From: Polyangiaceae bacterium
GTDB lineage: Bacteria; Myxococcota_A; Polyangia; Polyangiales; Polyangiaceae
NCBI GenBank assembly: GCA_044222475.1
Contig: JBGANF010000011.1
Span: 1-64,000 of the forward strand
Length of the DNA: 64,000 nt
Direction: 5' to 3'
Shown: positions 47,854 through 60,680 of the stretch, piece by piece
Layout of the letters: each line of letters begins with the position of its first letter
Numbering within the stretch: the stretch's first letter is position 1
Program-made: the position numbers and the translations under genes
The notes under the pieces: generated by a model
Databases searched by the model: none
The model's input: only the letters and a program-made list of their open reading frames with translations
What the model was told of the DNA's origin: nothing

Positions 47854-48471
47854 ATGCGACACGTCGTGCTCGTGGGGACGCTCGGACTCTTTCTGGCGGC
47901 GTGCGGCGGCGATGAAACGGTCGCGATCACTCCAACCGATGGTGGAAGCGACACGACGACGGGGAACGACGGGAGCGGAAACCCCGACGGAAGCGTGAAC
48001 CCCGACGCCACCGTGAACCCCGACGGGAGCGGAAACCCCGACGGAAGCGGAAACCCCGACGGGAGCGGAAACCCCGACGGCGGCGCGGTCGCGGTCAAGT
48101 GTGGCCAGACGCTCACGTGCCAAGGACCCGCATCCAAGTGCTGCGTCGACATGAACAACCAACCGCTCTACAAATGCTCGGGCGGAGACGCCGGCGCCTG
48201 CGCGCAAGGCGCGGTGACCCTCTCCTGTGCGAGCGCAGCGGACTGCCCGCAGAACCAAGTCTGCTGCGAGGACGCGACGAACACGAACGCGCCGACGGCG
48301 AGCTGCCAGACGACGTGCACCGGGCCCAACCACGCGGTCCTGTGCGATCCGAACGGCACCGCGCAGGCGAACCGTTGCGGCGACGCGGGCGCGTGCGGCA
48401 ACAACAACGCCGACAACTGGGGGCTGTCGAAGCAGTTCGGGACGTGCGGCGACATCCCGGGCCCGCTCTAG
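47854..48471 (+). CDS. Cys-rich lipoprotein with (NPDGSG)n linker
   Basis: GGAGG RBS, lipobox LAAC, 18-nt coding repeats at about 47968-48083. Confidence 0.85.
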   Translation: MRHVVLVGTLGLFLAACGGDETVAITPTDGGSDTTTGNDGSGNPDGSVNPDATVNPDGSGNPDGSGNPDGSGNPDGGAVAVKCGQTLTCQGPASKCCVDMNNQPLYKCSGGDAGACAQGAVTLSCASAADCPQNQVCCEDATNTNAPTASCQTTCTGPNHAVLCDPNGTAQANRCGDAGACGNNNADNWGLSKQFGTCGDIPGPL

Positions 48472-48478
48472 CTGCGAG

Positions 48479-52257
<3,779 letters not shown>

Positions 52258-52272
52258 GGTACCCATCCGACC

Positions 52273-53442
52273 ATGATCGATCGCCAGAGCGCCGGCATCC
52301 TGCCCGACAAGCCCCACACCGCGTTCCGCGACGCGAGCGGCAAGCTCTTCTTCGAGGAGATGTTCACTCGCGGCGGGTTCGACGGTCCGTTCACGTATTT
52401 CTACCACCGGCACCCGATCACGCCGCAGCGCGAGACGTCGGCGGATCACGGCCGCGGTTGGCCGATGGCCGTCGCGGCCGAAGGCGTGTCGGTTCGTCGC
52501 CGGCTCTACCTCTCCGATCGCATCCCCGCTGGCGGCCAGATGCTGGATCGGCGCACGCCGATCCTGTTCAACGCCGACGTCACCGTGCTCCTCGCGCACG
52601 CGACCGAGAGCGACGACGCGTATCTCGCCAACGGCGACGGTGACGAGCTCCACTACGTGCAGGAGGGCGAGGCGTTGCTCGAGTCGCCGTGCGGGATGCT
52701 CGAGGTGCACGCCGGCGACTACGTCGCGGTGCCTCGCTCGCTCCTCCACCGCTGGCACGTGAAGTCGCCGCTCCGAGCGATGACCTTCGAGCTCACCGGC
52801 GGGATGATGATCCCGCGCGAGTTCCGGAACCCGGTCGGCCAACTCCGGATGGATGCACCCTACACGCATCGCGACTTCCGCAAGCCGGTCGGTCCGATCG
52901 CGACGCCAGACCGCGTGCACGACGGCCCGAAGGTCCTCGTCGTCAAGAAGGGCGGGCGCTTCCAGCGGTTCGAGCTCCAGACGCCGCCCATGGACGTGGT
53001 GGGTTGGGACGGCTTCGTCTACCCGTGGGCGTTCCCGATCGAGAAGTACCAGCCGAAGACCGGTCTCGTGCACCTCCCGCCGACGATTCACTCGACGTTT
53101 GCGTCGCCCGGTTGCCTGATCTGCTCGTTCGTCCCGCGCGTCGTGGACTTCCACCCGCAGGCGATCCCGTGCCCGTATCCGCACTCGAGCGTCGACTGCG
53201 ACGAGATCATCCTCTACCTGCGCGGCAACTTCACGAGCCGGCGCGGCGTCGGGCCGGGGGCGATTTCATTGCATCCTGCAGGTATTGCCCACGGCCCGCA
53301 CCCCGGCGCTTACGAGGCGAGCATCGGCTCGCAGCGGACGGACGAGCTCGCCGTGATGATGGACTGCTTCAAGCAGCTCCACCCCACCGCGCAGGCCGCA
53401 AACCTCGAGGATCCGGGCTACCACGACACGTGGTGGGCCTGA
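52273..53442 (+). CDS. hmgA: Homogentisate 1,2-dioxygenase
   Basis: KPH, NGDGDEL, DVVGWDG, HLPPTIH, CSFVPR, PYPHS.VD.DE, HGPHPG, ELAVMMD; downstream of hppD. Confidence 0.93.
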   Translation: MIDRQSAGILPDKPHTAFRDASGKLFFEEMFTRGGFDGPFTYFYHRHPITPQRETSADHGRGWPMAVAAEGVSVRRRLYLSDRIPAGGQMLDRRTPILFNADVTVLLAHATESDDAYLANGDGDELHYVQEGEALLESPCGMLEVHAGDYVAVPRSLLHRWHVKSPLRAMTFELTGGMMIPREFRNPVGQLRMDAPYTHRDFRKPVGPIATPDRVHDGPKVLVVKKGGRFQRFELQTPPMDVVGWDGFVYPWAFPIEKYQPKTGLVHLPPTIHSTFASPGCLICSFVPRVVDFHPQAIPCPYPHSSVDCDEIILYLRGNFTSRRGVGPGAISLHPAGIAHGPHPGAYEASIGSQRTDELAVMMDCFKQLHPTAQAANLEDPGYHDTWWA

Positions 53443-53445
53443 CCC

Positions 53446-53535
53446 TGGGGAAGGCGGCTCGCGCCGCCTCCCCTCATTCGGCAGAGCCGAATGAGCCTCC
53501 CCACCACGCGGTCCCTCCGCTGCGCGTCGGGATTC
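53446..53535. repeat. Multi-hairpin intergenic element (REP-like or bidirectional terminator)
   Basis: GGGGAAGGCGGC/GCCGCCTCCCC stem; perfect CTCATTCGGC-AGA-GCCGAATGAG stem at 53473-53495; second GCCTCCCCA copy. Confidence 0.6.
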
Positions 53536-53555
53536 GCATCGAGGGTGTACTCCCC

Positions 53556-54110
53556 TCAAGACTTCGGGAACGGTTCCCGCCGCGCGCCCTTCGGGTTCGA
53601 CTCGTCGGTGTCGTAGGCGAACTCTTGGCCGGCGGTCGACCCGACGAACGGGCCACCGATCTCTTCGACGTTGTCGGCGTCGCGGAGCTCGTTGCCTTCG
53701 TCTTCGCCGCTCGTCACCGTCTCGACGAACTCCTTGCCGAGCTCGTCGGCGAGCGGGTCGTCCTTGCTGCGTCCGCGGAGGAACGCGCTGGCGTCTTCTT
53801 TTCTCGAGAACGAGTGGCTCTTCTCGAGGAGCTCGGCGGCGTACTTCGCGTCGATGTGTCCCGAGCCATCACGGCGTGAGACCGGCGCGGCCTTCGCGGC
53901 CTTCTTCTTCGTCTTTTTCGGAGCGGCCTTCTTCGCAGCAGCCTTCTTCGGAGCGGCCTTCCTTTTCGGAGCGGCCTTCTTCGGAGCGGCCTTCTTCGGA
54001 GCGGCCTTCCTTTTCGGAGCGGCCTTCCTTTTCGGAGCGGCCTTCTTCGGAGCAGCCTTCTTCTTCTTCTTCGGAGCAGCCTTCTTCGGAGCAGCCTTCT
54101 TCTTCGCCAT
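53556..54110 (-). CDS. Histone H1-like Lys/Ala/Pro-repeat protein with acidic C-terminal domain
   Basis: (KKAAP)n over about 75 aa, then DELGKEFVETVTSGEDEG..EEIGGPFV. Confidence 0.85.
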   Translation of the reverse strand: MAKKKAAPKKAAPKKKKKAAPKKAAPKRKAAPKRKAAPKKAAPKKAAPKRKAAPKKAAAKKAAPKKTKKKAAKAAPVSRRDGSGHIDAKYAAELLEKSHSFSRKEDASAFLRGRSKDDPLADELGKEFVETVTSGEDEGNELRDADNVEEIGGPFVGSTAGQEFAYDTDESNPKGARREPFPKS

Positions 54111-54172
54111 GGCCCGAAGCTTATTCCGCGGTGGCGGCGGTGGATAGAGTCGAAACGCGGTAGAGTGAGCGC

Positions 54173-55768
54173 ATGCGGTTCGCATCCTCCTTCGCTCTCG
54201 TGATACCCGTCGCCGTCGCGGTCGCCATCTCGTGTGGCTCGGATCCTGCGTCGACGTTTCAGCCGGATGGGGGGATCGACGCCACCTCCGACACCGGCCC
54301 GTCCTGCAAGGCCGGCGAGACGCAGTGCGGCAACGCCTGTGCCGACGTGAAGTCCGACCCGAACCACTGCGGCTCGTGCACCGTCGCGTGTCTCGGCGGC
54401 GACCTGTGCTGCGCCGGACATTGCGTGAAGTCGACCGGCTGCGATTTCGCGGTGACTGGAACCAACCCGCTCCGGGGCAACCAAAGCGGCGGCGACTGGG
54501 TGACCCTCACTGGGAGTGGCTTCACCGCCGACATGCAAATCTACATCGGGGACGGTCGAGCGCCGGTTCGCATGATCGACGCGAACAACGCCATCATCCA
54601 GACCCCGCCCGGTCCGGTCGGCACCTACGACATCACGTTGATCTCGTCCAAGGGGACGTCGCTCACCCGGAACCTCTTCACGTACGTGTCGGCGGGGCTC
54701 AAGCTCCCGTGGCAGAAGAAGCCGATGGCGGCCGTCCGCGGCGAGCACCCCGGCATTGCCGTCATGCAGGACGGTCGCGTCCTCGTTGCCGGCGGTACGA
54801 CCGTGCCCGACCAACCTGCAAGCGGGCTCGCGACCGCGGAGATCTACACGCGGACGTCGGACTCGGTGACCCTCGCGAAGAACTCGATGAGCAGCAAGCG
54901 CTGGCGCGACGCCGCGGTCACCATGCTCGACGGTCGTGTTCTCGTCGTCGGCGCCGCGGAGTGCACCGGGCCGCAGTGCAGCACCGCCGACCTGTTCGAT
55001 CCGAAGACCGACACGTTCACCCCGACGAAGGGCCTGACGACGGCTGCGCTCAACTTCGTCTGGGGAGTGCTCCTCGTGGACGGTCGGGTCATGTTGACCT
55101 CCGCCAACGCGGCGACGGTGGACATCTACGATCCTGCGACCGACACGTTCTCGTCCGTCCCGCTCAAGGTCGTTCACCGGTTCGGGCAACGCATCGTCCG
55201 CCTGCGCGACGGCCGGGTCATGGTCATGGGCGGCGACGGCTGCAATGGCGCTTGTGGTCTGGCCCAGAAGGACGCCGAGATCTGGGATCCCAAAACGGGA
55301 CAATTCACGGTGACCGGATCGATGATCGAAGGGCGCTCTCAGTTCACCGCGCACACGCTCCCCGACGGGCGCGTGATGGTGTTCGGTGGGGCGAGCAGCT
55401 CCGCGGGTGGCGTCAACGCGCCGATGAAGGGGATCGAAGCGTACGACCCCAAGACGGGCCTCTGGACCAAGATGACCTACGAGCTCAGCGTCGGGCGCAC
55501 GTGGCAGGCGAGTGCCCTCGTTCGCGACGGCTCGATCCTCGTCATGGGCGGGTACACGAACGTGAGCTGCACGCCGTCGTCGTCGGTCGACCAAGTCGAC
55601 CCGGTCGCGGGAACGGTGGCGTCGTTCGGCACTCTGCCGACGGCGAACACGGAGTGGAACGCCGTGACCCTGCTCGACGGCTCGGTTCTCGGAGTCGGCG
55701 GCGGTGCGTGTGGCGGCGTGGCCTTGCCCGATCTCGACTTCCTCCCCGGCGAGCCGCTCCCGAACTGA
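54173..55768 (+). CDS. Lipoprotein with Cys-rich module, IPT/TIG domain and Kelch repeats
   Basis: Lipobox AISC; P..G...GG..VTLTGSGF; repeated L.DGRV.V.GG. Confidence 0.9.
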   Translation: MRFASSFALVIPVAVAVAISCGSDPASTFQPDGGIDATSDTGPSCKAGETQCGNACADVKSDPNHCGSCTVACLGGDLCCAGHCVKSTGCDFAVTGTNPLRGNQSGGDWVTLTGSGFTADMQIYIGDGRAPVRMIDANNAIIQTPPGPVGTYDITLISSKGTSLTRNLFTYVSAGLKLPWQKKPMAAVRGEHPGIAVMQDGRVLVAGGTTVPDQPASGLATAEIYTRTSDSVTLAKNSMSSKRWRDAAVTMLDGRVLVVGAAECTGPQCSTADLFDPKTDTFTPTKGLTTAALNFVWGVLLVDGRVMLTSANAATVDIYDPATDTFSSVPLKVVHRFGQRIVRLRDGRVMVMGGDGCNGACGLAQKDAEIWDPKTGQFTVTGSMIEGRSQFTAHTLPDGRVMVFGGASSSAGGVNAPMKGIEAYDPKTGLWTKMTYELSVGRTWQASALVRDGSILVMGGYTNVSCTPSSSVDQVDPVAGTVASFGTLPTANTEWNAVTLLDGSVLGVGGGACGGVALPDLDFLPGEPLPN

Positions 55769-55769
55769 C

Positions 55770-56159
55770 TCACTTCGCGTGCGCGATGCACTTTCCGTTG
55801 TCGCAGCTCGCGGTGAAGTCGACGCCGAGGTTGCCCAGCTCGTCTTCGGGCTGGGCGGCGCAACCGCACGCGGGGCACGACGCAGTTCGAGCTCCGACCT
55901 CGTTGGCGAGCGCGTCCTTCGACGTCGTCACGACTCCGTAGGCGATGTCCTTGCAGCAGGACACCGGGATCAGGATGAAGGTGCACTGCGCCACCGTCGT
56001 ACAGGTCTTGGCGGCGGCAAGCGACGTCGGCGGACCGTACGTGCACGCCGAGGCGTCGCCCCCGGCGTCGGTCTTGGCGTCTGCGCCCGCGTCGCCCGCC
56101 GGAGACAGGGAGCCGCCGCACGCGATCAGGACGAGAGAGAAGACGACGGCGCTTCGCAT
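55770..56159 (-). CDS. Small Cys-rich lipoprotein
   Basis: Lipobox LIAC; multiple Cys pairs. Confidence 0.75.
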   Translation of the reverse strand: MRSAVVFSLVLIACGGSLSPAGDAGADAKTDAGGDASACTYGPPTSLAAAKTCTTVAQCTFILIPVSCCKDIAYGVVTTSKDALANEVGARTASCPACGCAAQPEDELGNLGVDFTASCDNGKCIAHAK

Positions 56160-57160
56160 CCTTCGAGGATAGCAGGCGAGAGGAGCGCGAGCGCCGGCTT
56201 CACGACGTCACGCACCGCGCGCCTCGCGATCTCCCGCGCTTCTTCGCACGTCACGCGACCGTGCGCGTGCCACTGATCGAGGTCGATGCCGTCGTAGGAG
56301 CGGATCGGCGCGTCGATCGTCGCTTGCGCTGCGCGCGAGATCGACTCGGCGAACACGCGCGCGATCGCCGGTCCGCCCTCGCGCACGGCCCACGCGGCGA
56401 ATCCCCACGCGAGCTCGGCGTGACGCGTTTCGTCGCGCGCGATCTTGGCCAGGACGCGGCGCGCTGCCGCATCCGTCGTTCGCCCGAGCTGCTCCGCGGC
56501 GAGCGCGGCGCCGAGCGTCTCTCCGACGCACCCTTCCTCCGCCGCGATCCGCGCGATCTCGGCGAGCGTCGTCGCTCCGAGGGCATCGCTCACGACGAGC
56601 GGCGCGGGACCCGCGCTCGCGCCGCCGTAGCGCTTCGCGAGCGCGAAGCAGGCGCGCGCATGCTGGATCTCGTCGATGCCGGCGCGTTGGGACGCGAGCA
56701 CGAGATCGGGGGGCGCGCCGAGCGAGAGCATCTGCATCGTGAGGCGCGCGAACGCCGCGATCGACGCGTGCTCTTCCAGCGCGTCGCGGAGCCACGCCTC
56801 GGCGAGCATCGCTCGGGTGCGGTCGTCGAGGACGACGGGGGCGGACTCGAGGTCGAGATCCCAATCGGCGCGGGCGATCGTCGTCGCGGACCGCATCGAG
56901 GAGCCGATGAGGAACGGGCGGCGCACGGTGAGCGAGATGCACCCGCCGTCGCCGTCGGGCACGGTACCGGGCGGACACGCATCGGTCGCGGCGTCGGCCG
57001 CGCCTTCAGCGACGGCATCCGTCGACGCATCGGCCTTCGACGCGTCGGCGGATGCGTCGGCCGACGCGTCGAGGTTCTGGTTCACCGTGCCAGTGCTACC
57101 GCACGCGGCGATGGCGGACGTGATGAGGACGAGCAGGGAGCGGGAGGTGGCTTGACGCAT
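56126..57160 (-). CDS. Lipoprotein with C-terminal ferritin-like diiron domain
   Basis: Lipobox IAAC; EHASIAAF, DEIQHA, EGCVGET, DETRHAEL. Confidence 0.88.
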   Translation of the reverse strand: MRQATSRSLLVLITSAIAACGSTGTVNQNLDASADASADASKADASTDAVAEGAADAATDACPPGTVPDGDGGCISLTVRRPFLIGSSMRSATTIARADWDLDLESAPVVLDDRTRAMLAEAWLRDALEEHASIAAFARLTMQMLSLGAPPDLVLASQRAGIDEIQHARACFALAKRYGGASAGPAPLVVSDALGATTLAEIARIAAEEGCVGETLGAALAAEQLGRTTDAAARRVLAKIARDETRHAELAWGFAAWAVREGGPAIARVFAESISRAAQATIDAPIRSYDGIDLDQWHAHGRVTCEEAREIARRAVRDVVKPALALLSPAILEGCEAPSSSLSS

Positions 57161-57205
57161 GGAACTCCATGGTCGCACACCGGCTCGTCCGTCACGAAAA
57201 GGTGA

Positions 57206-57802
57206 TCACTTGCACTTGCCGGACTCGTCGCCCGCGCAGCGCCAGGTCTTCGTCTGGCCGTTGACGCTGATCGTCACCTTGCCGAACTGGCCGGCCGTCT
57301 TCTCGACCGAGTTGATGAGGCGCGGCGGGTCGCACGTGCCGCCGAACGTGAGCGTGCCCTTGAGATCCAGGGTGAACGTGCCGTCCGGGCCGTCCTTCAC
57401 CGACCCGACGGTGAGCTTCGATTTCATCTCGCCGAGGAGCTTCGTGATCGCCTCGACGATCTGACCCTTCTTGTCCGTCGCGGTGAGGGTGACGGCGCGG
57501 GGGACGAGCCAATCGTCGCACCCGATCTTCGTCGCGCCCGGCTGCTTCGCGCCTGCCGTGGGGTCGGTCGCGACGAGGAAGAGCATCGGACCGGTCGGGG
57601 CCGGGGCTGCGCTCGCCGTCGCGCTGGGCGTGGCGCTCGGAGTCACCGCCGCGCTGGCAGTTGCGCTGGGCGTCGTGTCCGCGGCGGTGGTGCTCGCGGC
57701 CGCGCTAGCGCTCGGCGTGGGAGCGGTGTCGGGCGGCGGCGACTGGCCGTTGTTGCACGCGACGAGGACGGCGAAACAGGCGAGGGAGAGAAGCTTGTTC
57801 AT
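57206..57802 (-). CDS. Lipoprotein with GerMN-like C-terminal domain
   Basis: Lipobox LVAC; Ala/Ser/Thr linker; GGTCDPPR..TAGQF..V.ISVNG. Confidence 0.65.
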   Translation of the reverse strand: MNKLLSLACFAVLVACNNGQSPPPDTAPTPSASAAASTTAADTTPSATASAAVTPSATPSATASAAPAPTGPMLFLVATDPTAGAKQPGATKIGCDDWLVPRAVTLTATDKKGQIVEAITKLLGEMKSKLTVGSVKDGPDGTFTLDLKGTLTFGGTCDPPRLINSVEKTAGQFGKVTISVNGQTKTWRCAGDESGKCK

Positions 57803-57806
57803 GGGC

Positions 57807-58391
57807 TCACGGGGGTGGGGCGCAGACCCAGCGGTCCGCGAGGTAGCGAGAGACGTTGCGGGCGAGGACGAGGCCGGCGGCGCGCATGCGGCCTCCGGAC
57901 GAAAAGTCCTGGGTCTTGGCGTTCGTGCGGATCTCGTCGAGCACTTGCTGTCCGGTCGGATCGAGGACCTGGATGATCAGGATCGCTTCCGCCGGTCGCG
58001 AGCTCACCCAGACGTTGTAGCCGGGCTCCCAGAACACGAAGTTCGGGCGCATCACGAAGACGTTCGGGTTCGCGGTCACCACTGCACCGGGCGGCGGCGG
58101 CGGAATCGTCATGTCGCCTCGGCGCTCGTGGAGGGCTTCGCGGAAGTAGCCGGCGAAGTCGGCCTTGTCCTGAAGGTAGCTCTCGCGCGAGTCGGGCTTC
58201 TTGTCCATGAAGTACTCGGCCTCGCTCTTGCCGCCGACCTGCAGGTTGTCCATGTGAACGTCTTCGACGATCACGCGGCACCCTGGCTGGACGAACGGGT
58301 TGGGCGTCGCCTCGCGGAGGACCACGTACGGCTTGCTGCACGCAACGGCGAACATCGCGAGCGGAATCGCGAGGAGATGGCGCTTCTGCAT
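57807..58391 (-). CDS. Hypothetical lipoprotein
   Basis: Lipobox AVAC; globular, protein-like composition. Confidence 0.7.
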   Translation of the reverse strand: MQKRHLLAIPLAMFAVACSKPYVVLREATPNPFVQPGCRVIVEDVHMDNLQVGGKSEAEYFMDKKPDSRESYLQDKADFAGYFREALHERRGDMTIPPPPPGAVVTANPNVFVMRPNFVFWEPGYNVWVSSRPAEAILIIQVLDPTGQQVLDEIRTNAKTQDFSSGGRMRAAGLVLARNVSRYLADRWVCAPPP

Positions 58392-58435
58392 GGCGACAGT
58401 CGTAGCCGAACGTCCGACGCTGGGGAAGGGCGTGC

Positions 58436-59188
58436 TCAGCCCGGCTTCACGCGCGCGAGCGCGTAGCCGACGAAGAACGGTCCCATCTGGACGATGAACT
58501 CGCTCGTCTGCCGCGTCTTGCGCATCGATTGCACGAGGTGCGAGAGCGGGTGCAGCTCCTTGCCGACGAGGCCGATCACGAACTCGTTGTCCTTCGCGTC
58601 GAGCCCGTGGCACGCGAGCCGCACGTCGTGGGCGAGCTCGAGCTGTCCGTACGCGTGACCGATCGCGCCGTGCTCGCGCATCATGCCGCTGACCTCTTGG
58701 GGATCGAGGCGCGCGAAGGCGCCGCTTCGGCGGAGCGGGTACCAGACGTGCCAGGGCGTGTCCTCGGCGAGGACGTTCTTCACCGGATGCTCGAGCAGCC
58801 AGTGAAGAAGGTCGGGCTCGTGGCCGATCGCGTACGTGCGACCGATCATCGCGAAGTCCGGCCGCATCGTCGCGTTCCCGAGGATCGTCGCGAACAACGG
58901 CCTCACGTCGCGCACGAAGATCGCCGGGTCCTCGCTCCACGTGAGCAAGCCCACGCCGCGCGGGTCCATGGCGTCGGCGTACACGACGCCGCCCACTTTG
59001 CGATCCTTCAGGGCGGCGGCGAGGTCCTTGACCTTTGCGTCCACCTCTCCCGCCGGGAGATCGAACACGAGCAGCTGCATGAAGAGGCGGCGGTTCGCCT
59101 TCTGTCGTTCGCCGTCCTTCTTTCCGCCGTACTCGTTGACGTCGATGGTGGGGAGCCCGGGTGCCTTCTCGGTCGTTTGCGTCGTCAT
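58436..59188 (-). CDS. Chlorite dismutase family heme protein (ChdC/HemQ-like)
   Basis: WYPLRR, MMREHGAIG (proximal His), GLD..DNEFVIGL, MRKT..TS..MGPFFVG. Confidence 0.88.
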   Translation of the reverse strand: MTTQTTEKAPGLPTIDVNEYGGKKDGERQKANRRLFMQLLVFDLPAGEVDAKVKDLAAALKDRKVGGVVYADAMDPRGVGLLTWSEDPAIFVRDVRPLFATILGNATMRPDFAMIGRTYAIGHEPDLLHWLLEHPVKNVLAEDTPWHVWYPLRRSGAFARLDPQEVSGMMREHGAIGHAYGQLELAHDVRLACHGLDAKDNEFVIGLVGKELHPLSHLVQSMRKTRQTSEFIVQMGPFFVGYALARVKPG

Positions 59189-59219
59189 GTTTCCGCGGCT
59201 AGTGTCCCAGGCGCGACTC

Positions 59220-60680
59220 ATGAAGACAAGCGCGGGCCGGGGGGTCGTCGTCATCGCGATCCTCCTCGCGACGTTCATGGCGGCGATGGAGGCCACGGTC
59301 ATCGGCACCGCGATGCCGACCGTCGTGGGCGACCTCGGAGGGCTGGAGCTCTACGGCTGGGTAGGGGCCATCTACATGCTCGCCGCCACCGTCACGATGC
59401 CGGTCTACGGCAAGCTCGCCGACGTCTTCGGGCGAAAGCCAGTGATGCTCTTCGGGATCTGCGTGTTCCTCGCCGGCTCCGCGGCGAGCGGGCTCGCCCG
59501 GTCGATGGTGATGCTCATCGTGATGCGGGGGATCCAGGGCCTCGGCGCCGGAGGGATCCAGCCGATCTCGATGACGATCCTCGGTGACATCTACACCCCG
59601 GCCGAGCGTGCTCGGATCCAAGCGCTGTTCGGTGGAGTCTGGGGCGTCGCCGGGATCGCCGGGCCGTTGCTCGGCGGGCTCATCGTCCATGCGCTGTCGT
59701 GGCGCTGGGTGTTCTACGTGAACGTGCCGTTCGGCGCCCTCGCCGCGGCGCTCCTCGTCTTCCGGTATCGCGAGAAGCTCGAGCAGCCGGCGAAGCGCCC
59801 GCCGATCGACGTGCTCGGTGCGCTCCTGCTCTCCGCGTTCGTGCTCACGCTCTTGGGCGGCGCGCGCGGCTCGATCGCGCTGCTCGCGGCGTCGGCCATC
59901 GCGCTGGTTCTTTTCGTCGTGGCCGAGCGCCGTCATCCCTCGCCGATGTTGCCGATCGACCTCCTCACGCGACGGCTCATCGCCGTGTCGAGCGCGTGCG
60001 GTGCGCTGCTCGGCGCGGTCATGAGCGCGGTCGTGATCTACGTTCCGCTGTACGTCCAGTCCGTGCTCTTGCGGAGCGCGACCATGGCCGGCACGACCGT
60101 CGCGCCCATGCTCGTCGGTTGGCCGCTCGCGTCCGCGTTGTCCGGCAGAATGCTGCTGCGCACCGGGCCGCGACCGCTGGTACGAGTCGGTCTCGCCGCC
60201 GTGGCGGTGTCGGCCGTCGTCATCGATCGCGTGATCGCCGGTGGCGGCTCGATCATCGCCCTCCAGGTGACGATGTTCTTCGTCGGCATCGGGATGGGCC
60301 TCGCGAACACCGCGTTGCTCATCGCGGTGCAGGAGAGCGTCGGCTTCGCCCAACGAGGCGTGGCGACTGCGACCACGATGTTCTTCCGCACCATCGGCGG
60401 CGCGCTGGCGGTCGGCATTCTGGGTTCGCTTCTCGCTTCGGTTCTCGCGGGGCGCGTCCCCGAAGAGATCCTCGACGAGCTCCTCGGTCCGGAGCACGGG
60501 CGCACGCTCGCTCCCGAGCTCGTCCGCACGATCGGAGGAGTCCTCCAGAGCGGGATGACCACGCTCTTCCACGTCGTCGCCGGGGTCAGCGTCGCCGGTA
60601 CCCTGCTGGCAGTGGTCTTCCCCGACGTGAAGCTCGACACTCAGCGCACGTCGTCGAAGTCGACGACGAGCGGAGCGTGA
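59220..60680 (+). CDS. MFS drug-resistance transporter (DHA2/EmrB-like)
   Basis: TAMPT, GKLADVFGRK, RGIQGLGAG, GPLLGG, WRWVFYVNVP. Confidence 0.95.
   Translation: MKTSAGRGVVVIAILLATFMAAMEATVIGTAMPTVVGDLGGLELYGWVGAIYMLAATVTMPVYGKLADVFGRKPVMLFGICVFLAGSAASGLARSMVMLIVMRGIQGLGAGGIQPISMTILGDIYTPAERARIQALFGGVWGVAGIAGPLLGGLIVHALSWRWVFYVNVPFGALAAALLVFRYREKLEQPAKRPPIDVLGALLLSAFVLTLLGGARGSIALLAASAIALVLFVVAERRHPSPMLPIDLLTRRLIAVSSACGALLGAVMSAVVIYVPLYVQSVLLRSATMAGTTVAPMLVGWPLASALSGRMLLRTGPRPLVRVGLAAVAVSAVVIDRVIAGGGSIIALQVTMFFVGIGMGLANTALLIAVQESVGFAQRGVATATTMFFRTIGGALAVGILGSLLASVLAGRVPEEILDELLGPEHGRTLAPELVRTIGGVLQSGMTTLFHVVAGVSVAGTLLAVVFPDVKLDTQRTSSKSTTSGA

Noticed and set aside
47968..48083. 18-bp repeats containing GGAAACCCCGAC, superficially like a CRISPR repeat
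   Set aside because: Contiguous in-frame coding repeats (NPDGSG) inside a lipoprotein linker, with no spacers
60641..60680. 40-bp convergent overlap of the MFS gene and xth
   Set aside because: Short 3' overlaps are common in compact high-GC genomes; no sign of a special function
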